Of a DNA stretch of 64,000 nucleotides, positions 43,075 through 52,675 are shown piece by piece. Origin of the DNA: an uncultured Acidobacteriota bacterium. GTDB taxonomy: Bacteria; Acidobacteriota; Vicinamibacteria; Vicinamibacterales; UBA8438. The notes beneath the pieces are model-generated. The model saw nothing but the letters and a program-made list of their open reading frames with translations. It was not told where the DNA came from and did no database searches. The first letter of the stretch is position 1. Every line of letters begins with the position of its first letter. The stretch spans positions 53,216 through 117,215 of the forward strand of contig CAJWLU010000011.1 of the NCBI GenBank assembly GCA_913043225.1. Direction: 5' to 3'. Position numbers and translations under genes: made by a program.

Positions 43075-45192
43075 ATGACGCCCACGACCGCTACGGCCGA
43101 CACCCTGACGCCGCTTCTCAACCCCCGCTCAATCGCCATCATCGGCGCCTCGGACGACGCCACCCGGATCGGCGGACGACCACTCGCTTACACCCGCGAG
43201 GCTGGTTTCGTGGGGCCGATCTTTCCAGTCAACCCCAAGCGGACCACGGTGCAAGGACTTCCTGCCTTCCCAACTATCAGCGACGTTCCCGAACCGATTG
43301 ACGCCGCCATCATCGCGGTCCCCGGGCCCGCCGTAGTCCATACCGCCGAGCAATGCGCCGCGGCTGGAGTCAAGGCGGCGATCGTATTCAGTGCCGGATT
43401 TGCCGAGATGAATGCAGGCGGCAAGGCGGCCCAGGACAACCTCACTGCGCTGGCACGTTCGTCGGGCATGCGTATCGTCGGACCGAACTGCCTGGGGGTC
43501 TACAACCCGGCCGAGCACTTTTTTGGTACCTTCACCTCCACTTTCGAAGCCGGCCGGCCGGAGCCGGGTCGGGTCGCCCTGGTCACCCAGAGCGGCGCCT
43601 ACGGGAGCCACCTGTCGCTACTCGCCACGCTCCGGGGCATCGGCATCCGCTACATGGTGACCACTGGAAACGAGTGCGATGTCGACGTAGCCGAGACCAT
43701 CGGGTGGTTGGCGATGCAACCGGAGGTCTCGGTCATCGTCGCCTACGCGGAAGGGGTGCGGGACCGCGAGCGTCTCTTTACCTCACTCAGGACGGCGCAC
43801 GAACAACGCGTGCCCGTGATCTTCCAGAAGGTGGGCAAGACCAAGGTCGGCGCCCTGGCGGCACAATCGCACACCGCCTCGCTGGCTGGGGCCGACGCGG
43901 TCTACGACGGTGTCTTCCGACAATACGGTGTGCATCGCGCCAGGGACACCGAGGAAATGCTCGACATCGCCTACGCGGCCAGCTTCGGTATCCTCCCGGC
44001 GAGCCGCCGCGTCGGCCTGATGTCCGTGTCCGGGGGCGTCGGGGTCCAGATGGCCGACGAAGCCATCGAACGAGGGCTGGAAGTGACGCCGATGAGCGAA
44101 GCCGCCCAGTCTCGGCTCAAGGAGATTCTGCCGTTCGCCTCGCCACGAAATCCGGTGGATATCACGGCGCAGGCATTCAATGACCTGAGCCTGGTGCGAA
44201 CCAACATCGAGACCATGCAGGACGAGGGGATCTATGACTCCATTGTTGGTTTCTTCACTTTCGTGGCGGCCGCCCAGGCAATGGCTGAACCGATCGCCCA
44301 GACGCTCGAGGCGGCAAGGAAGCGGGCTCCCGACACCTTTATGGTGCTGTCGATCGTCGGACCGCCCGAACTCGTCAAGCGGTACGAGGAAGCGGGCTAT
44401 CCGGTCTTCGAGGACCCGTCGCGAGCGGTGCGTGTAGTCGCGGCGCTTGCGCAGTTTCACGAGGCGCTCGAACGTCCAATGCCGACGACGAACGCCACAG
44501 CGTCTGGCGCTTCGCTTCCAGAAGCGCCGATCTCCGAAGCCAACGCCAGAACACTCCTGGAGCAGGCCGGTCTCCCCTTGGCACCGGCCAGGCTCTGTGC
44601 CACTGCCGACGAGACCGTCGACGCAGCCGACTCCTTCGGCTACCCGGTGGCGCTCAAGATCGTCTCACCGCAGATCGCGCACAAGACCGAGGTGGGCGGC
44701 ATCGAACTGGGAATAGCTAACGCCGCAGGCGCCAGGCGGGCGTTTGCCAGCATCACCGGACGGGTACGTTTGACATGTCCAGAGGCACAGATCGACGGCA
44801 TGCTCGTCTCGCCCATGGTCGACGGAGGCGTGGAGGCGATTCTCGGCGTGCAGCATGACCCGACCTTCGGACCAGTAATCATGTTCGGCCTGGGCGGCAT
44901 CTTCGTCGAGGTAATTAAGGACGTAACCTTCCGGGTGGCGCCGATTGACGAGGTCGAAGCTGAGCGCATGATCGCCGAACTTCGTGGCGCGCCGCTCCTG
45001 GCCGGCGTGCGCGGCCGTCCACCCTGCGACATCCCGGCCCTCGCGAAGGCGCTCGCCGCCCTTTCGCGTTTCGCCGCCGCCCATGGCGACACCCTCGAGA
45101 GCGCCGAGTTAAATCCCGTAGTGGTACGCCCTAACGGCGAGGGGCTCGCGGCTTTGGACGCACTTGTCGTGCCAAAGGCCACGAAAGACTGA
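43075..45192 (+). CDS. Acetate-CoA ligase (ADP-forming) family acyl-CoA synthetase, fused alpha/beta
   Basis: PRSIAIIGAS, GPNCLG, QSGA, SHTASLAG, NPVD, HKTEVGG, DPTFGP. Confidence 0.92.
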   Translation: MTPTTATADTLTPLLNPRSIAIIGASDDATRIGGRPLAYTREAGFVGPIFPVNPKRTTVQGLPAFPTISDVPEPIDAAIIAVPGPAVVHTAEQCAAAGVKAAIVFSAGFAEMNAGGKAAQDNLTALARSSGMRIVGPNCLGVYNPAEHFFGTFTSTFEAGRPEPGRVALVTQSGAYGSHLSLLATLRGIGIRYMVTTGNECDVDVAETIGWLAMQPEVSVIVAYAEGVRDRERLFTSLRTAHEQRVPVIFQKVGKTKVGALAAQSHTASLAGADAVYDGVFRQYGVHRARDTEEMLDIAYAASFGILPASRRVGLMSVSGGVGVQMADEAIERGLEVTPMSEAAQSRLKEILPFASPRNPVDITAQAFNDLSLVRTNIETMQDEGIYDSIVGFFTFVAAAQAMAEPIAQTLEAARKRAPDTFMVLSIVGPPELVKRYEEAGYPVFEDPSRAVRVVAALAQFHEALERPMPTTNATASGASLPEAPISEANARTLLEQAGLPLAPARLCATADETVDAADSFGYPVALKIVSPQIAHKTEVGGIELGIANAAGARRAFASITGRVRLTCPEAQIDGMLVSPMVDGGVEAILGVQHDPTFGPVIMFGLGGIFVEVIKDVTFRVAPIDEVEAERMIAELRGAPLLAGVRGRPPCDIPALAKALAALSRFAAAHGDTLESAELNPVVVRPNGEGLAALDALVVPKATKD

Positions 45193-45221
45193 AGCCTTTG
45201 AGCTTTGATTCTGAGCCGTAC

Positions 45222-45263
45222 GTGCGAAGGGCCGCACGGTCGAAACCGTGCGGCCCTTCGCAC
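45222..45263. terminator. Perfect 19-bp hairpin between convergent genes
   Basis: GTGCGAAGGGCCGCACGGT-CGAA-ACCGTGCGGCCCTTCGCAC. Confidence 0.8.
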
Positions 45264-45284
45264 CTAAAACCCCAATTCTCCGCC

Positions 45285-47363
45285 TTACCCTACGTCAACA
45301 GTCTCGCTGTCCTTCTCCTTACCGCCGAGACCCTGGATCTGGATCACGCCGCTGCCCTCGGACTGCGGCTCCTTCAGGATGTGTTCGCGATACATCTTGG
45401 CCATACGCTCGTTCTCAGCCTTCTCCTTGGCTCGAGCCTCAAGCTTCTCCTGCCGGGCATTCTTGGCGATGCCTTGCTCGTCGAGATCGGTCTGGAGGCC
45501 GGCCGCCACCGCCTCGGGGTCGAGCACTAGGTTGTGCTCCTTGCTCTCCATATTGACGTCCTTGCCACCGGCGAAGATCTCGTGCCGACCGTGCTCGTCA
45601 TACCACTTGGTCAGCGTGGCGGTCATGTGCATCTTCTCGATGATGTTCCGCCACCCGATCCCGGTGTTGTAGGCACAGAACGAAATCTCCCCTTCCTGGG
45701 TAGCGTAGGGGATGATACAGCGCTCAGTACGCCGGAAGTCGTAATTGAACAGGTCCTGGAACCACATGCCGGCGATGAACAGGAAGTTCCATCGGTCGGC
45801 GCGCCGCTTCTTGATATCTGCCTGGGTCCGGTCGCCCGTCACCTTGCCGTAATCCTTGCCCGACGCCCCGAAAGTCTTGTCGAACTTCTGCACCAGGTCC
45901 AGCAGTTTGAAATGGGTCGGCGACTTGAACGGGTCGTAGTTCCGCACCAACGCCAGGGCCATACCCACGGTCGCCAGCTTGCGGCTCCGTCCGCCGTCAC
46001 TAACTCGGCCAAGGTCCTTGGCCAACCGTTCGGCCTTCAGGAACGCGGTCACCGGGACCGACTCCTTGGTGTCCTTGTCGATCATGACCGCCATGCCGAT
46101 GCCGCAGTTTGGATGGCAGCCACAGTTGAGCTGACCCCAGTCGGCCTGGGGCCCATGCATGTAGTCGGCCGAGTCGGTGAAGGTGCCCATGAATGAGATC
46201 GGAAACCAGTCACGCACCGGCTCGCCGATACCAGTTTGATCCTTCACGTCGTGCGCCAAGTGCGACAGTGTGTAGCGCTGGGCGTGCCGGCGGTCGTCGG
46301 TGATCTCCTCGTCACGGCCTGTGAACGACACCGGCTGGAACGACAGGAAGTTGATCTTCTTGGGATTGTCGAGCGCGAACTGCACCACCCGGCCGACCTG
46401 CTCGTTGTTGATCCCGTTGATGATAGTGATGACCGGAACGATATCGACACCGGCGTTGTGCAGGTTCTCAATCGCCCGCAGCTTGACATCGAACAGGTTA
46501 CCAACCAGGCGGTGTGAGTTGGCGGCGTTGCCGACGCCGTCGAACTGCAGATACGCGTAACGCAACCCGGCGTCTGCCGCTGCCCGCGCGAAGTCAGGGC
46601 TCTTGGCGAACTCGATGCCGTTGGTGGCCGCCTGGACGCTGTTGTAGCCGACCTTCCGGGCATAGCGGATGGCGTCCAGGAAGTAGGGCGAGATGCTCGG
46701 CTCGCCACCGGAGAACTGCACCGACATTTGCCGCTTCGGCTTGATGGAGATGGCGTTATCGAGCAGCGTCTTGATGTCGTCCCAGCCGAGTTCATGCACG
46801 AACCCCACCTGGTTCGCATCCATGAAGCACGGGTCGCACATCATGTTGCAGCGGTTAGTGAGGTCGATCGTCAACACCGACCCGCGACCGTACTTGATGG
46901 TGCTGCTGCCGTGGTTGTGTAGCTTCTCGTCGTTGTGGGCCCGCATGTCGGAGCCGGGAAACGAATCTTCGAGATGCTTGAAGAACTCAGTATCGATGGC
47001 CATCACGTCCTCGAAGCGGCCATGCTCTGGACAATCCTTGACCATCATGATCTTGCCGTCGCGCTCGATGATGGTGGCCTTGATCTCGCCGACCTTCTCC
47101 GTCTGCAGGATCCGGTAATCGACCTTGCCGTCGACAATCGACTGGCGCGCCTCACGCACACAGACCGGGCAGAGCGAGTCGGTCTCGCGCGGCCAACCTA
47201 GGGGCGGCTTCACCTTCTCCTTAGTCTTGAGCAGCGGCTTGTCGGCCCAGGCCGGAGTAAACGACGGGTTTTGACTGAATTGATTAAAAAAATCAAACAC
47301 CCGAAAACCGGCGTCTGCGACGATCGTGGCGCCCTTCTCCACATACTTAATAGGCTTATGCAT
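45285..47363 (-). CDS. Tes/GDGT-MAS (MJ0619-like) radical SAM protein, candidate membrane-spanning lipid synthase
   Basis: TDSLCPVC...KDCPEHG metal site, DLTNRCNMMCDPCF, QFSGGEP, ATNGI, YLQFDG, CGCHPNCG, FQDLFNYDFRRTERCIIPY...SFCAYN. Confidence 0.85.
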   Translation of the reverse strand: MHKPIKYVEKGATIVADAGFRVFDFFNQFSQNPSFTPAWADKPLLKTKEKVKPPLGWPRETDSLCPVCVREARQSIVDGKVDYRILQTEKVGEIKATIIERDGKIMMVKDCPEHGRFEDVMAIDTEFFKHLEDSFPGSDMRAHNDEKLHNHGSSTIKYGRGSVLTIDLTNRCNMMCDPCFMDANQVGFVHELGWDDIKTLLDNAISIKPKRQMSVQFSGGEPSISPYFLDAIRYARKVGYNSVQAATNGIEFAKSPDFARAAADAGLRYAYLQFDGVGNAANSHRLVGNLFDVKLRAIENLHNAGVDIVPVITIINGINNEQVGRVVQFALDNPKKINFLSFQPVSFTGRDEEITDDRRHAQRYTLSHLAHDVKDQTGIGEPVRDWFPISFMGTFTDSADYMHGPQADWGQLNCGCHPNCGIGMAVMIDKDTKESVPVTAFLKAERLAKDLGRVSDGGRSRKLATVGMALALVRNYDPFKSPTHFKLLDLVQKFDKTFGASGKDYGKVTGDRTQADIKKRRADRWNFLFIAGMWFQDLFNYDFRRTERCIIPYATQEGEISFCAYNTGIGWRNIIEKMHMTATLTKWYDEHGRHEIFAGGKDVNMESKEHNLVLDPEAVAAGLQTDLDEQGIAKNARQEKLEARAKEKAENERMAKMYREHILKEPQSEGSGVIQIQGLGGKEKDSETVDVG

Positions 47364-47561
47364 TCTCTGCTCCCAGTTCGGAACCGGTCCGACGCTGCTG
47401 CCTTCGATCGAACTCTTTTATCCCCCATAAGATAGTCAGGATTCCCTCAAGCTCGCGGAAAAATCGGCGAAATGGCTTTTCTGCCGTGCGAACGGGCGTG
47501 CAGCGGGACGATTGGGCATTCAAGAGCAACCAAATCGCCGCCGATCAGGGCAGATCGACCG

Positions 47562-48206
47562 CTATTGGGACGCCGCCCCCTGCCGGAACGTGAGATTATA
47601 GCGGCCCTCTAACCCCAGTGTCGCCGGTCCCGTACCAGGCAAGATAGCCGCGACCCCATGGTAGCGGAGCCGGCTTCGCCCTCCGAAAACGAACCCGTCC
47701 CCCGACGCGAGCGGCACCATGGTCTTTGGCTCCGCTCGGGTGAATCCACCTATGATGAACTTCGCCGTGTCACCGAGCGACACCGAGACGATGGGCAGAC
47801 CGGCCTCGAGTGTTTCCGGTCGCTCATCCTTATCTTGGTGCAGCCCCATCTTCCCGGCCGGACCGTAGTAGTTGAGGATGCACACGTCCGGCTCGACCGC
47901 CGTCCCCGCGGCTACCGCCATCTCACGGGCCAGTTCCGAAAGATCCGCCGGCAAGGCAGGGACGGGCCGGCCATCATGGTCGTCACGCGTTGCCTGGTAG
48001 CGATAGGTCCGCGCATTCCAGTGGTAGCCGAGACAGACCATCTCGACCCGCATCTTCCCGCGCCCGCGGACGGTCGGGACATACCACCCGACCGGTCCCG
48101 TGCCAATCACATGACACTGCTCGGCAAGCCGCCGCTGCGCTTCCAGCGAGAGGAAACCCTGGAGATGCACCGCATCTGGATAGACCTCGACGCAACGAAC
48201 TGTCAT
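47562..48206 (-). CDS. alkB: AlkB family 2-oxoglutarate/Fe(II) dioxygenase
   Basis: PDVCILNYY, MGLHQDKDE, SVSLGD, RLRYHGV, RYNLTFR. Confidence 0.92.
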   Translation of the reverse strand: MTVRCVEVYPDAVHLQGFLSLEAQRRLAEQCHVIGTGPVGWYVPTVRGRGKMRVEMVCLGYHWNARTYRYQATRDDHDGRPVPALPADLSELAREMAVAAGTAVEPDVCILNYYGPAGKMGLHQDKDERPETLEAGLPIVSVSLGDTAKFIIGGFTRAEPKTMVPLASGDGFVFGGRSRLRYHGVAAILPGTGPATLGLEGRYNLTFRQGAASQ

Positions 48207-48316
48207 CGGTGCTACTCTACCCTCGCCTTTGCTCGCCGCCCACCACGACGAGGCGAACCACAGCGAGCCCGCCGCAGAGCTGACCCGGGCGGGCGTCATG
48301 TATCCGAGTGCTCAGT

Positions 48317-49465
48317 ATGCCCCGTTCGAATGAAGTCATCGTGATCGGTGCCGGCGTGTTCGGTGCCTGGACCGCGCTGCAACTGCGCCGCACTGGCCGC
48401 TCGGTCACCCTGCTCGATGCCTTTGGCACCGGCAACACCCGATCTAGCTCCAGCGGGGCAACTCGCGTCATCAGGATTGGTTACGGCGCCGACGCCATCT
48501 ATTCACGCTGGGCCCAGCGTTCCTTTCACGCCTGGCACGAGCTCTTCCGCGACTGGAAACAAGAGCTCTTCACACGCACAGGCGTCCTGTGGATGGCACG
48601 CAGCGAAGACCCGACGACCGACGAGACCATCGATGTCCTAGGCCGACTGCATGTACCGTTTGAAGTGCTCGACCGCGACGGGCTCGAAGAACGCTTCCCG
48701 CAGTTCAGCTTCGGTCCGATCAGTCGGGGTATCTTCGAGCCTAACGCCGGCACCATCATGGCCAGGCGAGCCGTTCAGATGGTGGTGCGACAGGCGGTCA
48801 AGCAGAGCGTCGACTACCGGATCGCCTCGGTTCTCCCTCCGCAGGAAGACGGTCCGATCGACAGCATCGTCACTTGCGACGGAGAGCGGTTGTCAGCCGG
48901 CACGTTCGTCTTCGCCTGCGGCCCCTGGCTACCGAAGCTGTTTCCCGACGTCCTGGGTAGCCGGATCCACCCGACCCGGCAGGAAGTGTTCTTCTTCGGC
49001 GCCGAACCTGGAGACCGACGCTATCTTCCGCCGGAAATGCCGGCCTGGGCCGATTTCGTCGGCGGCGTCTACGGCGTACCGGACATCGAGGGTCGCGGCT
49101 TCAAGATCGGTCTCGACCACCACGGTCCGCCATTCGACCCGGACACGGGCGAACGGATCGTTTCGGACGGCGCCTTGCAGGTGGCGCGCATGATCCTAGG
49201 CAAACGGGTGCCCTCTCTCGCGCACGCCCCGCTGCTCGAAGCCCGGGTCTGCCAGTATGCGAACAGCTGGAACGGGGACTTTCTGATCGACCGCCACCCG
49301 CGCCACGAGAACGTCTGGCTGGTCGGGGCCGGCTCGGGCCACGGCTTCAAGCATGGCCCAGCAGTCGGTGACTACGTCGCAGCTCAGCTGTCGGCCCGCG
49401 AGGACCCAGAACCGCGCTTCACGCTGACCGGCCATCGCGACAAGCAGGAGCGCGGCATCTTCTAG
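48317..49465 (+). CDS. Monomeric sarcosine oxidase/SolA-like FAD oxidoreductase
   Basis: VIGAGVFG, SSSGATRVIR, CQY (flavinylation Cys), DFLID, GSGHGFKHGP. Confidence 0.88.
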   Translation: MPRSNEVIVIGAGVFGAWTALQLRRTGRSVTLLDAFGTGNTRSSSSGATRVIRIGYGADAIYSRWAQRSFHAWHELFRDWKQELFTRTGVLWMARSEDPTTDETIDVLGRLHVPFEVLDRDGLEERFPQFSFGPISRGIFEPNAGTIMARRAVQMVVRQAVKQSVDYRIASVLPPQEDGPIDSIVTCDGERLSAGTFVFACGPWLPKLFPDVLGSRIHPTRQEVFFFGAEPGDRRYLPPEMPAWADFVGGVYGVPDIEGRGFKIGLDHHGPPFDPDTGERIVSDGALQVARMILGKRVPSLAHAPLLEARVCQYANSWNGDFLIDRHPRHENVWLVGAGSGHGFKHGPAVGDYVAAQLSAREDPEPRFTLTGHRDKQERGIF

Positions 49466-52005
49466 CAACAGTCCGAGTCGGGATCGCAACAGCCGGCATC
49501 AGGGTCGGCCCTCACGTCCTTTAGGCCGTTCGGACCATCCACGATCGAAAACGACCCGGCGTATGGTGCCTGAGACAGTTTCGCTGCTGTATCGGTGCAC
49601 ACCTCGACCGCTTCCCCCCTAGGAAAGAGGTGGCCTTCCTCGTCGATGACCCCCTTCTGCGGACCGAGATAGATAGCGTACTGGCCGATGAACCGGCAAC
49701 CGGCCTTCTTCTCGAACTTGTAGCCACGGACGGTCACCGAATAGAACTTGCAGCCCTCGACCTCCCGCCAGAAATTCTTCTTGAGCACCGACAACCCATA
49801 AAACCCGGCCTTCTCCACGCCGGTCAGGAAAGCCTCCTCAGTGAGGGCGCCGGAAATGCATTCACCCCATAGCTGCCCATCGGCGCGCATCTTGGGCGAC
49901 ACCTCCTCCTCGGACACGATATCGGCTACCACGAACCGTCCGTGGTCTTTGAGCACTCGCCAGATCTCACGAAACACCCGCGGCTTGTCCGGCGAGAGAT
50001 TGATGACGCAGTTGGACGTCACGACATCCACAGCGCCATCGCCAACCGGAATCTCTTCGAGGAATCCCTGGCGGAACTCGACGGCGTCATACCCCAGCGC
50101 CGCTGCCACCTTGGGCTGGCACTCCCGGGCCACCGAGAGCATCTGGTCGGTCATATCGACCCCGTAGATCCGTCCCTCGGCGCCCACCTTCTTCGCCGCA
50201 ATGAAGCAATCAATGCCGGCCCCTGACCCGAGGTCAACCATCGATTCACCAGGCACCAACGCGGCCGCGGCAACCGGGCTACCGCACCCGTAGAAGCGCT
50301 CGACCACCTCTGACGGTATGTGCGCCAAGTCCCCAGCCGACGGCTGCACGGGGCAGCACAACTCCTCCTGCGGCTTCTCCGCCGCATTGCCGTAGAACTC
50401 GCGCACGGTGTAGCGTGACTTGTCGAGTACCTCTTCGGACAGAACGCACGCCGAGTGTGTCGTCCGCACGATGATGTCCTCCTCGTGCAGGGTCTGCTGG
50501 CCCATCCCCCGAAGCACCACCGGACGGTCGTAGCCGGAACGCGGCTGCAGTGCTCTCCGGCCCTCACGGATCAAGTCGCGCAAGGTGTCGTCGGCCAGCC
50601 CCTTGTAAAGGTCACAGTAGGGATCGTGGGCAACGAACGCCGCGCGTCTGGTCGCGCCCTCGGCCGCGGCCCCCCAGTAGCCATGTTCGACATCGCCACC
50701 GCCACACAGATACCTGAGCCCGCAGGAACGACACTGCGGTTTGCGTTCGACCGTGGCGTCCCGAAGGTCGCGGAACACCTGGCTCTCACGCCAGATGTCG
50801 GCCAGTGAGGCCTCTGCAAGATCACCGCAGGCCAGGTCCTCGACACCAGCCATCGACGCGGAGGGATAGAGCCGGCCGTCGGTGTAGAGACACAGGCTGT
50901 TCCAGCCAGCCCCTGCCAGATCGTTCTTGACCCCAGGACGGCCATCGAACCGGAGACGAAACTCTTCGATGTTATCGATCGACACACCCAGTTCGTCGGC
51001 TACCACTCCCGCCTTCCGCACCGCAGCCAGGATTTCGTCAGCCGAGGGTAGGTCAGCGAACACCCCTTCGAGCACCCGACCGCGACGGTGGGGCCAGAGC
51101 AGGTGCAGGTTCCGCACTCCGTGCGCATGGGCCAGACGCACCAACCGGTCTAATACGTCGAGATTGTGGCGCAGGATGGTCGCGGTCAGCGTCGGTCGCA
51201 AACCGGCGGCCACCGCGGTGTCGATGCCGTCGAGGATGCGCTGGAACGTACCCTCACCACGGATCGGATCGTTGGTCTCCGCCGTCGGTCCGTCGAGGCT
51301 GATCTGCACCCGCAGTCGGGGCGTGGATGCAGAGGGGTCGATTGCCTCGGCGGCTGCCGCCTCGGCCTCCAGACTTAGCGCTACAAGTCGGTCAAACCGT
51401 TCGCCCTTGAAGACCGTGCCGTTGGTCAGCACTACCAGCTCCCTCCGAAGCGTGCGCACGACATGGTCGATCAGCTCGAGAATGTCTGGTCGAGCCAGTG
51501 GCTCTCCGCCAGTGAAGAACAGCCGCGATGCCCCGAGCGCCACCGCCTGATCGATGGCGTCCGTGATCCGCTCGGTCGACAGGCCCTGTTCCCGCTGCGG
51601 TCCGGACGACACCAGACAATGCGCGCAGCTGAGATTGCAGAAGTCGTTGACCTGAACCCAAAGCTCGGATAACCGCTCGGTGTCGAGATACGCCGACCGA
51701 CCGAGATAGGGGGCCGGCGCGGCGCCGTTGGTCGAGAGAAACCCGTGGCGGAGACCGTCATGCGCGAACGTCTCGACGTGCAGCCAGGAGCGCATGACGT
51801 CGAGACCGCTCTCACTGGCATAGTCACGCACGACCTGCGCAAATGGCGTGCGGCCGTCGAACCGGCCAAGCAACCGAAGACCACGTTCGTCGGTACCGAT
51901 CCAGTGGGGGCTGGCCGGATCAAGTGCCACCACGCCTCCATCGACCGGGTGGACAGAGTAGGCCGGGGCACACAGAATCGTCTGGTCTTCAATATGAGTA
52001 GCCAT
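49462..52005 (-). CDS. Fusion of PqqD/RRE-like region, radical SAM, SPASM and ArsM-like arsenite methyltransferase (847 aa)
   Basis: CNLSCAHC, FTGGEP, CRSCGLRYLCGGG; then VREFYG..ELCCP, YGCGSP, DLGSGAGID, GVDMT..ML, SNCVINL, WGECISGA; Cys-rich tail GCCDPDSDCC. Confidence 0.9.
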   Translation of the reverse strand: MATHIEDQTILCAPAYSVHPVDGGVVALDPASPHWIGTDERGLRLLGRFDGRTPFAQVVRDYASESGLDVMRSWLHVETFAHDGLRHGFLSTNGAAPAPYLGRSAYLDTERLSELWVQVNDFCNLSCAHCLVSSGPQREQGLSTERITDAIDQAVALGASRLFFTGGEPLARPDILELIDHVVRTLRRELVVLTNGTVFKGERFDRLVALSLEAEAAAAEAIDPSASTPRLRVQISLDGPTAETNDPIRGEGTFQRILDGIDTAVAAGLRPTLTATILRHNLDVLDRLVRLAHAHGVRNLHLLWPHRRGRVLEGVFADLPSADEILAAVRKAGVVADELGVSIDNIEEFRLRFDGRPGVKNDLAGAGWNSLCLYTDGRLYPSASMAGVEDLACGDLAEASLADIWRESQVFRDLRDATVERKPQCRSCGLRYLCGGGDVEHGYWGAAAEGATRRAAFVAHDPYCDLYKGLADDTLRDLIREGRRALQPRSGYDRPVVLRGMGQQTLHEEDIIVRTTHSACVLSEEVLDKSRYTVREFYGNAAEKPQEELCCPVQPSAGDLAHIPSEVVERFYGCGSPVAAAALVPGESMVDLGSGAGIDCFIAAKKVGAEGRIYGVDMTDQMLSVARECQPKVAAALGYDAVEFRQGFLEEIPVGDGAVDVVTSNCVINLSPDKPRVFREIWRVLKDHGRFVVADIVSEEEVSPKMRADGQLWGECISGALTEEAFLTGVEKAGFYGLSVLKKNFWREVEGCKFYSVTVRGYKFEKKAGCRFIGQYAIYLGPQKGVIDEEGHLFPRGEAVEVCTDTAAKLSQAPYAGSFSIVDGPNGLKDVRADPDAGCCDPDSDCC

Positions 52006-52042
52006 AGGACGCTTCTTGGACGCGCGGCGCCAACAGAAAGTT

Positions 52043-52672
52043 TCAGCCGACGTCGGCGCCGACCCGGGGAGTCGCCACCTCACGTCGCGCGGGCCTCCTG
52101 GCGTAGTTGAACCAGATCCGGCTGCCCAGTAATACAGCGAGGACCACCGCATAGACCAGCGGCGGACGGATGTCGATCTTCACCAGCCAAAGATAGTGCA
52201 CGACCCCGGCGATGGCGGCGAGATAGGCCAAGCGATGCAACTGGCGCCAGCGTGCGCCTCCGAGACGGCGGATCATCCCTCGGGTCGACGTGATCGCCAG
52301 TGGGACCAACATGACGAACCCGGCGAAACCGGCGGTCACATACCGGCGTTCGACGATGTCATCGAAAATGAGGGTGAAATCGAAGAAGAAATCGAGCACC
52401 AGATAGGTGCTGAAGTGCAGGGTGGCGTAGAAGAAGGCGAACAGGCCCAGCATGCGCCGGTAATCGGCCACCCAGCCCCAGCCCGTGAATTTCCGGATGG
52501 GCGTGACCGCCAGCGCCAACAGCAGGAACCGGAGTGCCCAGTCCCCCGTTCGGTGCGTGATGTCCTCGATCGGGTTAGCGGTCAGACCCCCCGTCGCGGC
52601 GGCCCAGAGTAGCAGACCCAGAGGGGCCAGGGCCGCGGTGAATACCCACAACTTCGCGCGGCTGACCGCCAT
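52043..52672 (-). CDS. msrQ: Sulfoxide reductase heme-binding subunit MsrQ (YedZ)
   Basis: ANPIE..TH.TG.WAL, LAVTP, RRMLGLFAFFY..LH, W..LHRL.Y. Confidence 0.95.
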   Translation of the reverse strand: MAVSRAKLWVFTAALAPLGLLLWAAATGGLTANPIEDITHRTGDWALRFLLLALAVTPIRKFTGWGWVADYRRMLGLFAFFYATLHFSTYLVLDFFFDFTLIFDDIVERRYVTAGFAGFVMLVPLAITSTRGMIRRLGGARWRQLHRLAYLAAIAGVVHYLWLVKIDIRPPLVYAVVLAVLLGSRIWFNYARRPARREVATPRVGADVG

Positions 52673-52675
52673 AAG

